Below are positions 9,854 through 19,932 of a stretch of DNA of 64,000 nt, piece by piece; position 1 is the first letter of the stretch, and every line of letters begins with the position of its first letter. A program made the position numbers and the translations under genes. The stretch lies in contig JAUFOR010000006.1 of assembly GCA_040285745.1 (NCBI GenBank), positions 496,001 through 560,000 on the forward strand. The letters are read 5' to 3'. Below the pieces are notes generated by a model. That model saw only the letters and a list, made by a program, of their open reading frames with translations, ran no database searches and was not told where the DNA came from. The DNA comes from Barthelona sp. PCE. Its lineage: Eukaryota.

Positions 9854-12800
9854 TTACTCACTTTCAATCATTTCCTCGCTTGCTTCATCATCAGCCATAT
9901 GAATCTCATCATCTGAATGCATCTCTGTCCTTTGTTCCTTCATTCCTTTCATATCTTGCTTTCTACGCTTACTAGATTCTCTTTTGTGAATTTCATGAAT
10001 GATCTTAACATTGTTTTTACCTTTTGAAGCATGATTAAGACTGTGATACTCCAATAACGGATGAGTCTGGTTGCTCTTTGTCATAGCATCTTCGGTTGGA
10101 TGGAAAAACAAATGCTTGGGTACAAAGTCATCAATGATCTTTGCATTTGCTCCTGAAACACGTGTTGTGCAGTGCTTAGCCTTCTCAGCTACATATGCAT
10201 CGAGATACATATCAAATGCATTCACTAACACTGGTAATACAGGTTCTTCTCCACAAACCAATCTCTGTTCTGTTAAAGCTAATTTAATGTGTTTTTTGAG
10301 TAGACCATATGTTATGGCATCAGCTTTCTTACGGGAAAACAGACAATCATACAGACCATTACATAAAACGGGAAAGAAAACAGGTTTTGCATTTGGAGCA
10401 AATTCAGCAATAATATCTTGATGTAACGATAAATAAAATAACAAAGGTTCAAATAGATTTGAAGGATTGCTTGAAACAGATCCCTTCACAAGTTGTACGG
10501 ATACATAAGCATGTACACGTCGATAACAGAATAATCGTATTGTTTCATGAGAATCAAAAAGACCAAACAATAAGAAGCAGCGCAATATCTGGTGTTGGTA
10601 CCGCACAGCTTCTGTGTATGCGAAATAACGCACTTCAAAAACTTGATCAACAAAAGTATAGACAATGGAGCGGATGATTTTTGCATCAGTGACAATCATT
10701 CGTAAATCTGCCTTGTTCGCCATCATTGCCAGCAATAGGCGCATTGAGAACATGCGAACACAGACACCCCAAACATCATCAGAGAATTCATCATCAGAAA
10801 CCTCACGCACACTTCCAAATTCCAAGAAGCGAGCCAGTGCTGGGATGAGAGTTCTATCAAAATCAACGCTGCGTGTTATCAAGCACTGCAATAATCTGAA
10901 AATAGCGACACCGTATAATATATGCAATACACCATCGTTATCACTTGTGATATCATCGTTAACACTAAATATTGGGTATTCACGGGACATGAGAAAGTGC
11001 ATTGCGCTGCGAATACAATCAGTTAAGAGGGTTGTCTCCAAGAAAGGATCATATAGTTTTCCCATTTCAATGAGTGTATTCATGCAAACGATTTTATGTA
11101 GCATTCGTTGTTCATCAGAAGAAATTATGCTCTTGCACTCGTTGAGCACAGCTGCCATCTCATTAGAAAACATTTGATTAACATCGTTACCAGGTACTAA
11201 AGTTTCTGAAGAAAAAAGTAATGAAGTAATAGATCTGATGATTGGAATATCATAAAAGAAGAGCTGGGTAATGTTTGTCTCCACCGGTACGGTTGAATCA
11301 ATACCAAATTCAATTAGCATTATCTTACCAATCAAAACACTACTCAACATATCATGCTGCTCGTCTGTAATGGATATACTAAAGGCACCGCCGACAGTCA
11401 TGAGCGCATCCAACAAAGAAAGATGCTCTGTCTCATAAGCAGAAATATCACTTCCTTGTTGAGTAATGATTAGTTCGAGTAAGTGGGCCAGAACTTGTTT
11501 GACTTCTGCAGTATCGGTCCCATGGCAGGTGAAGTATCCAGTGCCCAGGCATTTAAGTACTGTGAGGCATTTAATTGTATTCGTAATTTCACCATACGTA
11601 TCAGTCTCTGCAATCACCTTAATCACATATTCAACAAAAGCTGAAGGGAGAAGTGACTTATTCTCAATGGCAACCTTGGCGGCCAACGCATTTGCTGATA
11701 GAGTTTCTTCATCAGCATTTTCTAATTGGACCAGTTCATTGATTTGCTTAAAAATGCTGTTCGGTAACGCTATCCGAGGCACTTCTCTCCCCTCCAAGGC
11801 CGCACCCATGATCTGTAGGGTCTTACTCATTACAGAAAACAAACCACTATCTTCTTCAATGGATTTATGAACTAGGAACAAAAAGTGTTCATATTCACTA
11901 GCAGGATAAGATAAAAGCATGTCATGAATCTCTGCGATGCGTTCGAAGGATACCTTGGAATGGTTAATGTTGAACAATGTCGTAAAGACGAGAGAAAACG
12001 ATGGAAGATCATCAAAACTGAATTTCTCAGCGAGAATAATAAGTGCTGCATTGGTTGCACTACGAACACTTTGTACTCGATCATCAAGTCGCTCAATCAA
12101 ACGTGAGAGCGTTTCTTCTCGGAGGTAATCAACGTGAGGCAGGACAAAGGCGAGCTGCGTGACTACATGCCCACGTACTCTTGCACTCTCATCATGTAAC
12201 GCCTCGTACAGATCTTGTGCTGACTTCTTAACTGTCTTGGGTCGTTTGACCTCAAAATCTACTAATTCAGTATTAGTTAATACAACATCTGCACCTAAAA
12301 GAATAGATCCAGCAAAAGAAAGGTAATGACACCGAATTTCATCATCATTAACCAACGCTAATTGTTCGTGTAGCCCATCAACAAGAGATACATCACCTGC
12401 AGACAATGCAATCTCGAATAAAAGTTGTCTGATTGTATTTGTGTGTACCATTCTGTTAAGTTGAGGTAAATGTCGACTAACAATAGAAGGATTCAGCAGA
12501 TACAGTTGCTTGAAAAGTAGGATGATTTGGAAGTACTCAGAATCTTCATCAGCATTAAGGAAAGCAAAGTCTGACATATAACTGTCGAAGCTAACGGAGA
12601 TTGCATAAAATAATGGTTTATGTTCTCTTAACAATCGGGTGGTGAACGAAATTAGCACGTTTGGGTCAGCTGTACGTAGCTTTTTCCCAAAAATTGCATT
12701 AACTATGGGTGCGTCAACATATTCCGTTAGAAGACCAGATAAAAGCACTGTAACAAGTGTACGCTCTTCATAAGCATGTGTAGCAAATGCGTTGATGACC

Positions 12801-13441
12801 GTGTCATGCTTGTATGTCAATTCTATCTGGGTTAATAATTCTGTACAAAGAGAAAAATAAATTGTTAGCAAAGAACCTGGTAAAATTCTTGCATGTTTAG
12901 CAATAGAAATAAATATTATTTCAATGGTCTTACATGCAAAAAATCGTCGATCCATTGATTCAAAATCTTCAATTGAAGGTTCAAAAACACCAGACTCCTC
13001 ATATGCAGTAAGTGCACAATCATCTCCATCGGCATCAAAAAAGAAACGATAGGGAGCAGCCTCAACGTAAGCCTCAAACAGCTCTTGTCGTGCAAGGATG
13101 AGCTTTGCTTTACGTTTATGTAAGTTTGGAATTGTAAGTAATACAGTATCTATCAATGAAGCAACTACATTCTCTTCAGGTGTTCTCTCTGGTATGATAG
13201 TCATGAACTTTAGGTATAGTGTGGATGACTTCAAACGAATATCCTCACGTTTGTGTTGTAAAGAATTCTCCTCAATATGGAGCATTAAATCGGCTACTTT
13301 CTCTTGAAGATCCCCTGTGATATGCGTGCTGTCATTATCAAATAACTCTATTCCCTCATTTAGAACTGTTAATGTATCGGTAACAGACAATGCTGAAGTG
13401 ATGGCCCCTTTCGCCCTTCTGAAGAAGCTGGGGGGAAACAT
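9854..13441 (-). CDS. PDS5: Sister chromatid cohesion protein PDS5-like HEAT-repeat protein
   Basis: ~1195-aa helical repeat protein. Segments HKREDIRL...IIPERTP, LHDESARVR, IERLDDRVQSVR, DQVFEVR and FEPLLFYLSLHQD correspond to conserved Pds5 blocks; charged C-terminal tail. Confidence 0.7.
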   Translation of the reverse strand: MFPPSFFRRAKGAITSALSVTDTLTVLNEGIELFDNDSTHITGDLQEKVADLMLHIEENSLQHKREDIRLKSSTLYLKFMTIIPERTPEENVVASLIDTVLLTIPNLHKRKAKLILARQELFEAYVEAAPYRFFFDADGDDCALTAYEESGVFEPSIEDFESMDRRFFACKTIEIIFISIAKHARILPGSLLTIYFSLCTELLTQIELTYKHDTVINAFATHAYEERTLVTVLLSGLLTEYVDAPIVNAIFGKKLRTADPNVLISFTTRLLREHKPLFYAISVSFDSYMSDFAFLNADEDSEYFQIILLFKQLYLLNPSIVSRHLPQLNRMVHTNTIRQLLFEIALSAGDVSLVDGLHEQLALVNDDEIRCHYLSFAGSILLGADVVLTNTELVDFEVKRPKTVKKSAQDLYEALHDESARVRGHVVTQLAFVLPHVDYLREETLSRLIERLDDRVQSVRSATNAALIILAEKFSFDDLPSFSLVFTTLFNINHSKVSFERIAEIHDMLLSYPASEYEHFLFLVHKSIEEDSGLFSVMSKTLQIMGAALEGREVPRIALPNSIFKQINELVQLENADEETLSANALAAKVAIENKSLLPSAFVEYVIKVIAETDTYGEITNTIKCLTVLKCLGTGYFTCHGTDTAEVKQVLAHLLELIITQQGSDISAYETEHLSLLDALMTVGGAFSISITDEQHDMLSSVLIGKIMLIEFGIDSTVPVETNITQLFFYDIPIIRSITSLLFSSETLVPGNDVNQMFSNEMAAVLNECKSIISSDEQRMLHKIVCMNTLIEMGKLYDPFLETTLLTDCIRSAMHFLMSREYPIFSVNDDITSDNDGVLHILYGVAIFRLLQCLITRSVDFDRTLIPALARFLEFGSVREVSDDEFSDDVWGVCVRMFSMRLLLAMMANKADLRMIVTDAKIIRSIVYTFVDQVFEVRYFAYTEAVRYQHQILRCFLLFGLFDSHETIRLFCYRRVHAYVSVQLVKGSVSSNPSNLFEPLLFYLSLHQDIIAEFAPNAKPVFFPVLCNGLYDCLFSRKKADAITYGLLKKHIKLALTEQRLVCGEEPVLPVLVNAFDMYLDAYVAEKAKHCTTRVSGANAKIIDDFVPKHLFFHPTEDAMTKSNQTHPLLEYHSLNHASKGKNNVKIIHEIHKRESSKRRKQDMKGMKEQRTEMHSDDEIHMADDEASEEMIESE

Positions 13442-13451
13442 GGGTTCCAAG

Positions 13452-13517
13452 CTGATGAAAGAAGAGAAGAAAATTAAAACAAGGTTTTTGTGTATTGTAG
13501 CACAATGGATGGTATAC
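13452..13517 (-). other. Candidate 66-nt intron just upstream of the PDS5 ATG
   Basis: AAG|GTATAC...pyrimidine tract...TCATCAG| ending 10 nt before the ATG at 13441. The upstream ATG would be out of frame, so this is uncertain. Confidence 0.3.
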
Positions 13518-13654
13518 CTTGCATTTCTAGCGGGAATGAAGCGTATTTATGCTAATGTAGAAGGTTTACTTTGGGTTTCGATTCTGCTTTTCCTCATCTT
13601 TTCTGTTTGATATAATTTTTTCTGCACGCGGGCTTTTTTTGGTGATCTATAATT

Positions 13655-14608
13655 ATGTTGAGGCTAAGTTTTGAGATATCAAAGGATTCTATGCTTTTGC
13701 CATTCTTTGAGTATCTTGAAGCCATAGTAAGAATGAAAATGCCACGTAAAAAGGGTTCAGAACACCCACTGTCACCAGTAGGATTCTCTATTAGTCCTGA
13801 TGGTGCGGAATTTTGCTTCAAATCAATGGATGTCTACATTTTCTGTCAATTTCCAATTTTTTTTGAGAGTGATCCAGCGAATGTGTTCTTTAATATCAAC
13901 CCTATTGTTGAATTAAGTCAAGATACTCAATTTTTGATTTCTAGTTTTACACAATTTTTAAGAAGTTTAACCAATTTATTCAAGCAAGATAGGCATCATG
14001 TATCGCTCACCCTTAGCGGAGGTGATCGCCAGTTCAGAGAGGAGAATCAAGGATTACAAGAAAAGACTATTGCATCAAAACGTGGACGTATAACTTTTTT
14101 AAAAATGAAAACAAGGATAACAACATGTTTTGTTGAATGTTTAACAATATTTCCACAATATCAGGAGATATTTGATCTTACTGATCAATACAGTAGTTTC
14201 GATTCATTGAAATTTACACTGTCTTCAATGCAAGTAATTCGTTTAAGTCGATTTTTACTTGGTATTAAGAGTGCATGTCGGTACTTTGATTTCAATGTCT
14301 CTTATAACATTGAAAAGGATACTTATTTTTTAGTAGTATTAGGTACTGCAGATACAATGGTTGCTAGATTAAGTGAACTACCAATTCAGTTAAACATCGA
14401 AGAAGATAATAGTGAATCATCTCCACTTGATATCAATGTTCGCTTTCGTTCTAAACAAATTAGTCAGTGCTTTTTAGTTTATGATCATATAAATCCTCAT
14501 GATGTATCTACTACAATAACATTAAATGAAAACGTTATTGTGTTGACGGTCGAGGTTAACGGTGCACGTATGTTCTCTACTTTCCCAGCTTATAGTGGTG
14601 AGGAGTAG
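13655..14608 (+). CDS. Divergent PCNA-fold clamp subunit, most like Hus1 of the 9-1-1 checkpoint clamp
   Basis: 317 aa. GFSISPDGAEF, VYIFCQFPIFF, VRFRSKQISQCF and the terminal MFSTFPA resemble the strand/helix pattern of Hus1 (LRISPDKLNF, MWCEL..FF, YFIPA). Confidence 0.45.
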   Translation: MLRLSFEISKDSMLLPFFEYLEAIVRMKMPRKKGSEHPLSPVGFSISPDGAEFCFKSMDVYIFCQFPIFFESDPANVFFNINPIVELSQDTQFLISSFTQFLRSLTNLFKQDRHHVSLTLSGGDRQFREENQGLQEKTIASKRGRITFLKMKTRITTCFVECLTIFPQYQEIFDLTDQYSSFDSLKFTLSSMQVIRLSRFLLGIKSACRYFDFNVSYNIEKDTYFLVVLGTADTMVARLSELPIQLNIEEDNSESSPLDINVRFRSKQISQCFLVYDHINPHDVSTTITLNENVIVLTVEVNGARMFSTFPAYSGEE

Positions 14609-15009
14609 CAACAGTGATTTTTGAGAGTTAGAAAACTGGTATTGGTATTATCATTAAAAAATTGCGCTATTGGGTCTTATACGTAGCGGGGTAGCTATTT
14701 ATAACCGTCGAATGGATATATTTAAGTTGAGGTTTGGAATATTGAGATATGAGTATTGCATGTAAATAAGTCAATCGCAAGCAGACAAACGCCCCCAACA
14801 TATATATTTAGGCAACATACGTTCAGTTAAAGTATAGGAACATCTTTCTAAAAAAAGCATTTCAATTATTTGTTTCGAAAACCTTCTGGGCTTCTTATAC
14901 TTGGTATAGGTGCTCTAATTGTATACCCATCCCGCTTAATGTAAAAGAAAAGTACATTGAACAGTGAGATATAAATAAAACACCATATTTTTTTTATCAC
15001 CTGTATCTA

Positions 15010-15046
15010 GTATGTGACTCAACAATTTAGCAGCGCTTACCTTTAG
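15010..15046 (+). other. Candidate 37-nt 5'-UTR intron ending immediately before the ATG of the SatP-like gene
   Basis: GTATGT...GCTTAC-CTTTAG|ATG. Same donor hexamer and branch/acceptor spacing as the downstream coding intron. Confidence 0.6.
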
Positions 15047-15770
15047 ATGAGCACCCATCCCATTGAAATTGCTGAAGCTGATGACTTACCTAAGTCTGTC
15101 GAAGTTTCATTCAAACATGCGTTACCTCAAGTTCCCTTAAACATCTGGGGGTATGTTATTCACCTACAACAATGGCTTTAGCAAGTCATTTTTGAATTTT
15201 TCTTGTTTGCTTACACCTAGTCTTCTTGGTTTCGGTATTACCACCATGCTTTTGAACATTCACAATGCTTTCCCTTCTCACTACGGCTTCAACGGCCTTA
15301 TCCTCGGTCACGGTTGTATGATTGGTTGTCTTCTTCAATTGGTTTCTGCCTTCCTTGAATTAAAGGCTCGTAACGCCTTTGCCGCCACTGCCTTCTTCTC
15401 CTATGCTCTTTTCTGGGCTGCCCTTTGTTTCTCCAAGTTCTTTAACTATGCCTGGTCCACCAACGAAGCTGATGCTAGAGTTGCCAAGGAATTCACTGGA
15501 TGGTTCTTAGCTGTTTGGGGTTTCTTCACATTCTTTATGCTCTTAATTCTTTGTCTTAAGCCCAAGGGCAAGAAGAACCCTCAACTCATTAACATTTTCG
15601 GTTCCCTTTTCATTCTTTTCTGTTTGCTTGCTGCTGGTGATTTCTTGAACAACACAACCATTGGTAGAATTGCTGGTTTCGAGGGTATCTATTGCGGGTT
15701 CTGTGCCTTTATGCACGGTATAGCTGCTCTCTTCAAGCATGAGACTGGTTACAAGCTCTTGTTCTTCTAA
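15047..15770 (+). CDS. GPR1/FUN34/YaaH (SatP) family acetate/succinate channel; exons 15047-15150 and 15221-15770 (217 aa)
   Basis: Spliced product MSTHP...PLNIWG|LLGFGITTMLLNIHNA, with AFFSYALFW, GWFLAVWGFFT and AGFEGIYCG, matches the SatP/YaaH pattern. The ORF-track start at 15153 lies inside the intron donor. Confidence 0.88.
15151..15220 (+). other. 70-nt spliceosomal intron (phase 2) in the SatP-like gene
   Basis: GTATGT...GCTTAC-ACCTAG. Removal joins the 104-nt exon from ATG 15047 in frame and restores the family motif GLLGFG. Confidence 0.85.
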
Positions 15771-15985
15771 GAATTTTTCAAGTCAATCCATATATTAACT
15801 GTACACTGTATATTCTGGAGTACGATATTGAATAAAGAAAGATTCCAATTTTTTTTGTGTTTTCTTTTGTTTTTTTTGGCTCTTCACTGAATAAATATTG
15901 TATCACAGATGATAATGTAACCTTTTTACATCACTAAAATTCCTAATTCAGAAGTGGGAATGTCCGTTTTTATTTTGCAACAAGC

Positions 15986-16498
15986 TTAAACAAGAGCACG
16001 AATCTGATCCTCGGTCTCGAGCTGATCCTTCTTGATGAGATCAGTCCATTCCTTGGGGGTCTTGTTCTCAACAGTGCAACCGACAGAACGGCATGTTCCG
16101 AGAACTTCACGGACAGTACCAGCGAAGTGACGGGACATGGAGCGCTCTCTGAGCTCACCAGCAATCTCGATAACATCGTTAAGGGAGAGGTTGCCATCGT
16201 GAAGGATGTTCTTGACCTTCTTACGATCACGCATGGGCTCCTTGAGGGCCTTCAGGATGTAGGAAGAAGCACCGGGGAGAAGGGTAACGGTGGGAACACG
16301 GTTGCAAACATCAACACGGCATCTGATCTTGACACCCTTGAAAGCAGCAGAAACCTTTGCGATTTCCTTGTTTACCATCGCAGGACCCATACCGATGGAT
16401 GAACACTTGGGTGCGATCACTGGCATAGCGGCTCCCATAGATCCAATAGTTTGGACAAAAAAAGTGTGAGTTTCTTCAGCTTGAGGCTTACCGGGCAT
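15986..16498 (-). CDS. RPL12: 60S ribosomal protein L12 (uL11)
   Basis: IAPK...GMGP, ILKALKEPMRDRKKVKNILHDGNLSL, GTVREVLGTCRSVGCTV; start set at MPGK. Confidence 0.96.
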   Translation of the reverse strand: MPGKPQAEETHTFFVQTIGSMGAAMPVIAPKCSSIGMGPAMVNKEIAKVSAAFKGVKIRCRVDVCNRVPTVTLLPGASSYILKALKEPMRDRKKVKNILHDGNLSLNDVIEIAGELRERSMSRHFAGTVREVLGTCRSVGCTVENKTPKEWTDLIKKDQLETEDQIRALV

Positions 16499-16499
16499 T

Positions 16500-16562
16500 C
16501 TAAACGTGAGCTTGTTTTGATCTAAAATATGCAACTAGAGCCTGTGGAGACTGTTACTTAAC
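16500..16562 (-). other. Candidate 5'-UTR intron of RPL12 ending 1 nt before the ATG
   Basis: Minus strand AG|GTTAAGT (alternative donor GTAACA at 16557)...GCTCAC-GTTTAG|AATG; same branch-N3-TAG architecture as the SatP introns. Confidence 0.55.
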
Positions 16563-17222
16563 CTAAAGACAAGAGAAATAAAAGACTTGTTTCTCTGTAG
16601 CTTGTATCCACTATTTATCAACTGGCTGAGAACAGAATACGACTGGCAAAAGCTGCAAGGTAGAATATACTTGTATAACTTTGTAAGAACGGAGAAAATG
16701 CAAAAGAAGTGTTTTTCCTTCATTTCAGATTCGCTCATTCTTAAACATGTATTTGTGATGCGTTTGATCCTTCTTTTTAGGTCAGAAATATTGTTACTAA
16801 GCTTAAGCGTTAATGTTTGATTTTCCTTCTCTGTTTAACACTTCATGACGTCATGTATCTTATTGTATTATTGTCCGTATGGACAGCGAGCTGCTACACA
16901 AACAGTTATATATGAATATCACCTTTTTAGCAGTTTACACTACACAGGTTTATGTTAGAGGCTTTTTTTATTGTGGGTAAAGTATTTATTGGGGAGAGCT
17001 GATTACTGTTTGATATATTGTTGACTTATGATGTTTATACAATGGTTTTAAAAAACTGTTTTGTCATGTGAGTTAAAGAAAACTTTACTTTTTGATTTGT
17101 GATACTGCATCATCATTAATACTGATTAATCACTCAATTAAACTGTCCAAAATCACCTCGTGTATCAATCTAAAGATTGTAAAATTGTTTAAAAAAATCA
17201 ATTCAAATACCATCATTCTAGA

Positions 17223-18278
17223 TTAAAAATCCTCAACCTGCATTGTATCCCAGGGATCAGTACTCTTCCCATAATTCCGCAGTGGAACACACTCAGTACA
17301 TGATTTTTTATGTAAGAAAACTTCTTGAGGTAAAAAAAGAGGAATACTGCAATTAAAATCTAATTCCCAATCGATCGGTAATCTAGGACATGCAATAACA
17401 CAAATTCCATCATAGAACCGAGCAAGAGTTTGTAGATAATTCTCCTTAATTAATGATACAAAGATTACTGTTGTTTCAATATTCTGCATCTTAAATTCTT
17501 CAAGAACTCTTCTAGTAAGCTTTGAATCACCTTGTTTTCCCAAAATACCCTCCAAAACAACAACACGTTGCATTCCTGCTATTCTGTTCATACTTAATTG
17601 TCTTCTATTAACAATTTCTAATGCATTATACTCGAAAAGCCTTACTTCCGGTTCAGGAGCTAATGGATCATACTTATAAAGAGTTATACCAGGGTTTTGG
17701 AGGAGCATAGCCTCAGGATGGAAACGTCCATCACCAACATATAAAACAGCGTCAATATTTTTCAATTTTGGCGCTGTACAACCTAATACAACTCCTTCAG
17801 GTAGCATTCCACAGTTAGGCCTGTCTATTACAAGGCCAGCTTCCTCCCAGGCAGTATATGCTTCATATACATTACTCCTGAACTGAGTGGTACAGATGAC
17901 ATGCAGAATGGTACCTTGTTTAAAATACTGAATAACAGAATTGATCAACTTTGTGCCATCAATTTCTCTCCTTGTAGAGTAGTAATAGTTTGGAATCATA
18001 TGCTTTTCTGTTTTAATAAGTCGATCATGTCCAAAATGAAAAATGGCATCAAGTCTCATCCTTGATGCAATATCGTCTTCAATACAACATGCTCCGTATA
18101 TGGCATCGCAGAATACCATCGCTTCGATGCCAGACTCACGTTCTAAATCCCTTACAAAGTCATAAACAAATGCAATTAATCCCTCAGGTACTTGAATGGC
18201 TATTCTTTTATAGTTTTCTTCAGCTAAAATCCCCAGAACCTCATCGTATGCAAAAGTATATGGACCAAAAGTTCTCAT
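17223..18278 (-). CDS. DPH1: Diphthamide biosynthesis protein Dph1
   Basis: IAIQVPEGL, YGACCIED, HFGH, VLGCTAP, YVGDGRFHPE, GILGKQG, IACPRLPIDW; the three Fe-S cysteine motifs are present. Confidence 0.92.
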   Translation of the reverse strand: MRTFGPYTFAYDEVLGILAEENYKRIAIQVPEGLIAFVYDFVRDLERESGIEAMVFCDAIYGACCIEDDIASRMRLDAIFHFGHDRLIKTEKHMIPNYYYSTRREIDGTKLINSVIQYFKQGTILHVICTTQFRSNVYEAYTAWEEAGLVIDRPNCGMLPEGVVLGCTAPKLKNIDAVLYVGDGRFHPEAMLLQNPGITLYKYDPLAPEPEVRLFEYNALEIVNRRQLSMNRIAGMQRVVVLEGILGKQGDSKLTRRVLEEFKMQNIETTVIFVSLIKENYLQTLARFYDGICVIACPRLPIDWELDFNCSIPLFLPQEVFLHKKSCTECVPLRNYGKSTDPWDTMQVEDF

Positions 18279-18590
18279 AACAGTTGAATTGGAGAAAAAA
18301 TGTAGAAGTATGTTTTATTGATCATACATACCGGATGTATACTCAAATAGTCTTCTATATACGATTATCTTCCACATTATAAGTATTATATTGTATTTGA
18401 CAGAGCACGAGAGAAATGATAGAATTAAAGGTAATATTGGCAAATAAAGAGATTCTAGAAAAGGCACAGGTTTGAAATTGTTAAGCACAGCTGATTGCCG
18501 TTTACTAAACTTAAAAAAGGATAAATGTTTGAAATTGCTTGATATAAAAAAACTTACCTTTCTCATTACTATGTTATCTTATTAAAGTTG

Positions 18591-19928
18591 ATGGAAAATT
18601 ATGAGGCCATCTCCCTTATTGGCGAGGGAACGTACGGGTACGTTGCTAAATGCGAGCATAAGCCAACTGGCCAGCTAGTAGCTATCAAGCGTTTTAAAAA
18701 GCTTCGCAGCTCCAAGAAGGTGCAAGAGATTGCTCTTAGGGAATCAAGAATCCTAAGTGTTCTTTCACACGAGAACATTATTGATTTACTTGCCATTTTT
18801 CGGCATCAAAGCACATTTTATTTAGTTTCTGAATTGTGTAGTTGCAACGTTCTTGATAAGATAGAAGAATTTGATGGATTAGAATATCAAAAGGCATTAT
18901 TTTATACATACCAATTGCTTAAAGGTATTAAATATTGTCATGATCACAATATCATCCACCGTGACATCAAGCCAGAGAACTTATTAGTCACAGATAACGA
19001 TTTACTCAAAGTTTGTGATTTTGGTTTTGCTCGTTCAATTGCTTTAGATGGATCAATGACTGATTATGTATCAACCAGATGGTATCGTGCCCCATGTTTA
19101 TTGGTTGGGAATACAAATTATGGTCGAGCAGTTGATATATGGGCCATTGGATGTTTATTTCCAGAAATGATAACTGGAGATCCATTATTTGATGGAGATA
19201 CTGATATAGAACAATTGAATTTGATATTTAATGTTGTAGGAAATCAGATGAATCAATATAATGTAGAGATGGTACAAGATATATTAAAAAGAAAATTTGG
19301 AAAAATTCCACCTGAAGCAATAGATTTTATTAGTCAATGTTTACGTTTTAATCCACAAGAACGATGGACAATAGATCAGTTATTGGAGCATTATGTATTC
19401 AATGATTTTAGAGTTTCATTTGATGAATTGATCAGTAATGCAGCAGAAAAAGAGCAAAAAGATAATCCTTTAAAACAAATGGTTGCTGCAAAACGACAAA
19501 AAAGAGAGAAAATGGTTACAGAATGGTCTGGTACTGCTTCTTCAGCTAGATTAGTAACTACTAATACCAAATTATCTGCTCAACATACAATAACACCAAA
19601 ACCTAAGCGTACCAGGAAAATCGTGAAACAACCATCACATAAGAGTATTGAAAGTTCGCGTAATACACCACCAAGAGCAAAGCCGATAACTAGAAGTATA
19701 AAAGGTGGTGTGGCTAGCACTCGCTTAAGTCAACAAAAAACACCAATTGAATCTTTAACATCAAGGTTGACTCTTCGGAAACATAATTCACAAAAACGTG
19801 TTGCACCTAGTATATTTCAACAACCTAAAACATCAAAAACATCATTGTATTCTTCATCTCATTCACATCATACAGGTTCACAACCTATAAATAATGTTTC
19901 AAGGCTTAGAAGACGTTTTGGAGTATAG
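18591..19928 (+). CDS. CDKL-family (CMGC) Ser/Thr kinase with basic low-complexity tail
   Basis: GEGTYG, VAIKRFK, EIALRE helix (KKIALRE-like), HRDIKPEN, DFGFAR, TDYVSTRWYRAP. Confidence 0.9.
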   Translation: MENYEAISLIGEGTYGYVAKCEHKPTGQLVAIKRFKKLRSSKKVQEIALRESRILSVLSHENIIDLLAIFRHQSTFYLVSELCSCNVLDKIEEFDGLEYQKALFYTYQLLKGIKYCHDHNIIHRDIKPENLLVTDNDLLKVCDFGFARSIALDGSMTDYVSTRWYRAPCLLVGNTNYGRAVDIWAIGCLFPEMITGDPLFDGDTDIEQLNLIFNVVGNQMNQYNVEMVQDILKRKFGKIPPEAIDFISQCLRFNPQERWTIDQLLEHYVFNDFRVSFDELISNAAEKEQKDNPLKQMVAAKRQKREKMVTEWSGTASSARLVTTNTKLSAQHTITPKPKRTRKIVKQPSHKSIESSRNTPPRAKPITRSIKGGVASTRLSQQKTPIESLTSRLTLRKHNSQKRVAPSIFQQPKTSKTSLYSSSHSHHTGSQPINNVSRLRRRFGV

Positions 19929-19932
19929 TAAA

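Noticed and set aside
18315-18566. 83-aa minus-strand ORF starting ATGAGAAAG|GTAAGT, as an upstream DPH1 exon or separate gene
   Set aside because: No acceptor joins it in frame to DPH1, DPH1 looks complete from 18278, and the peptide has no recognisable features.
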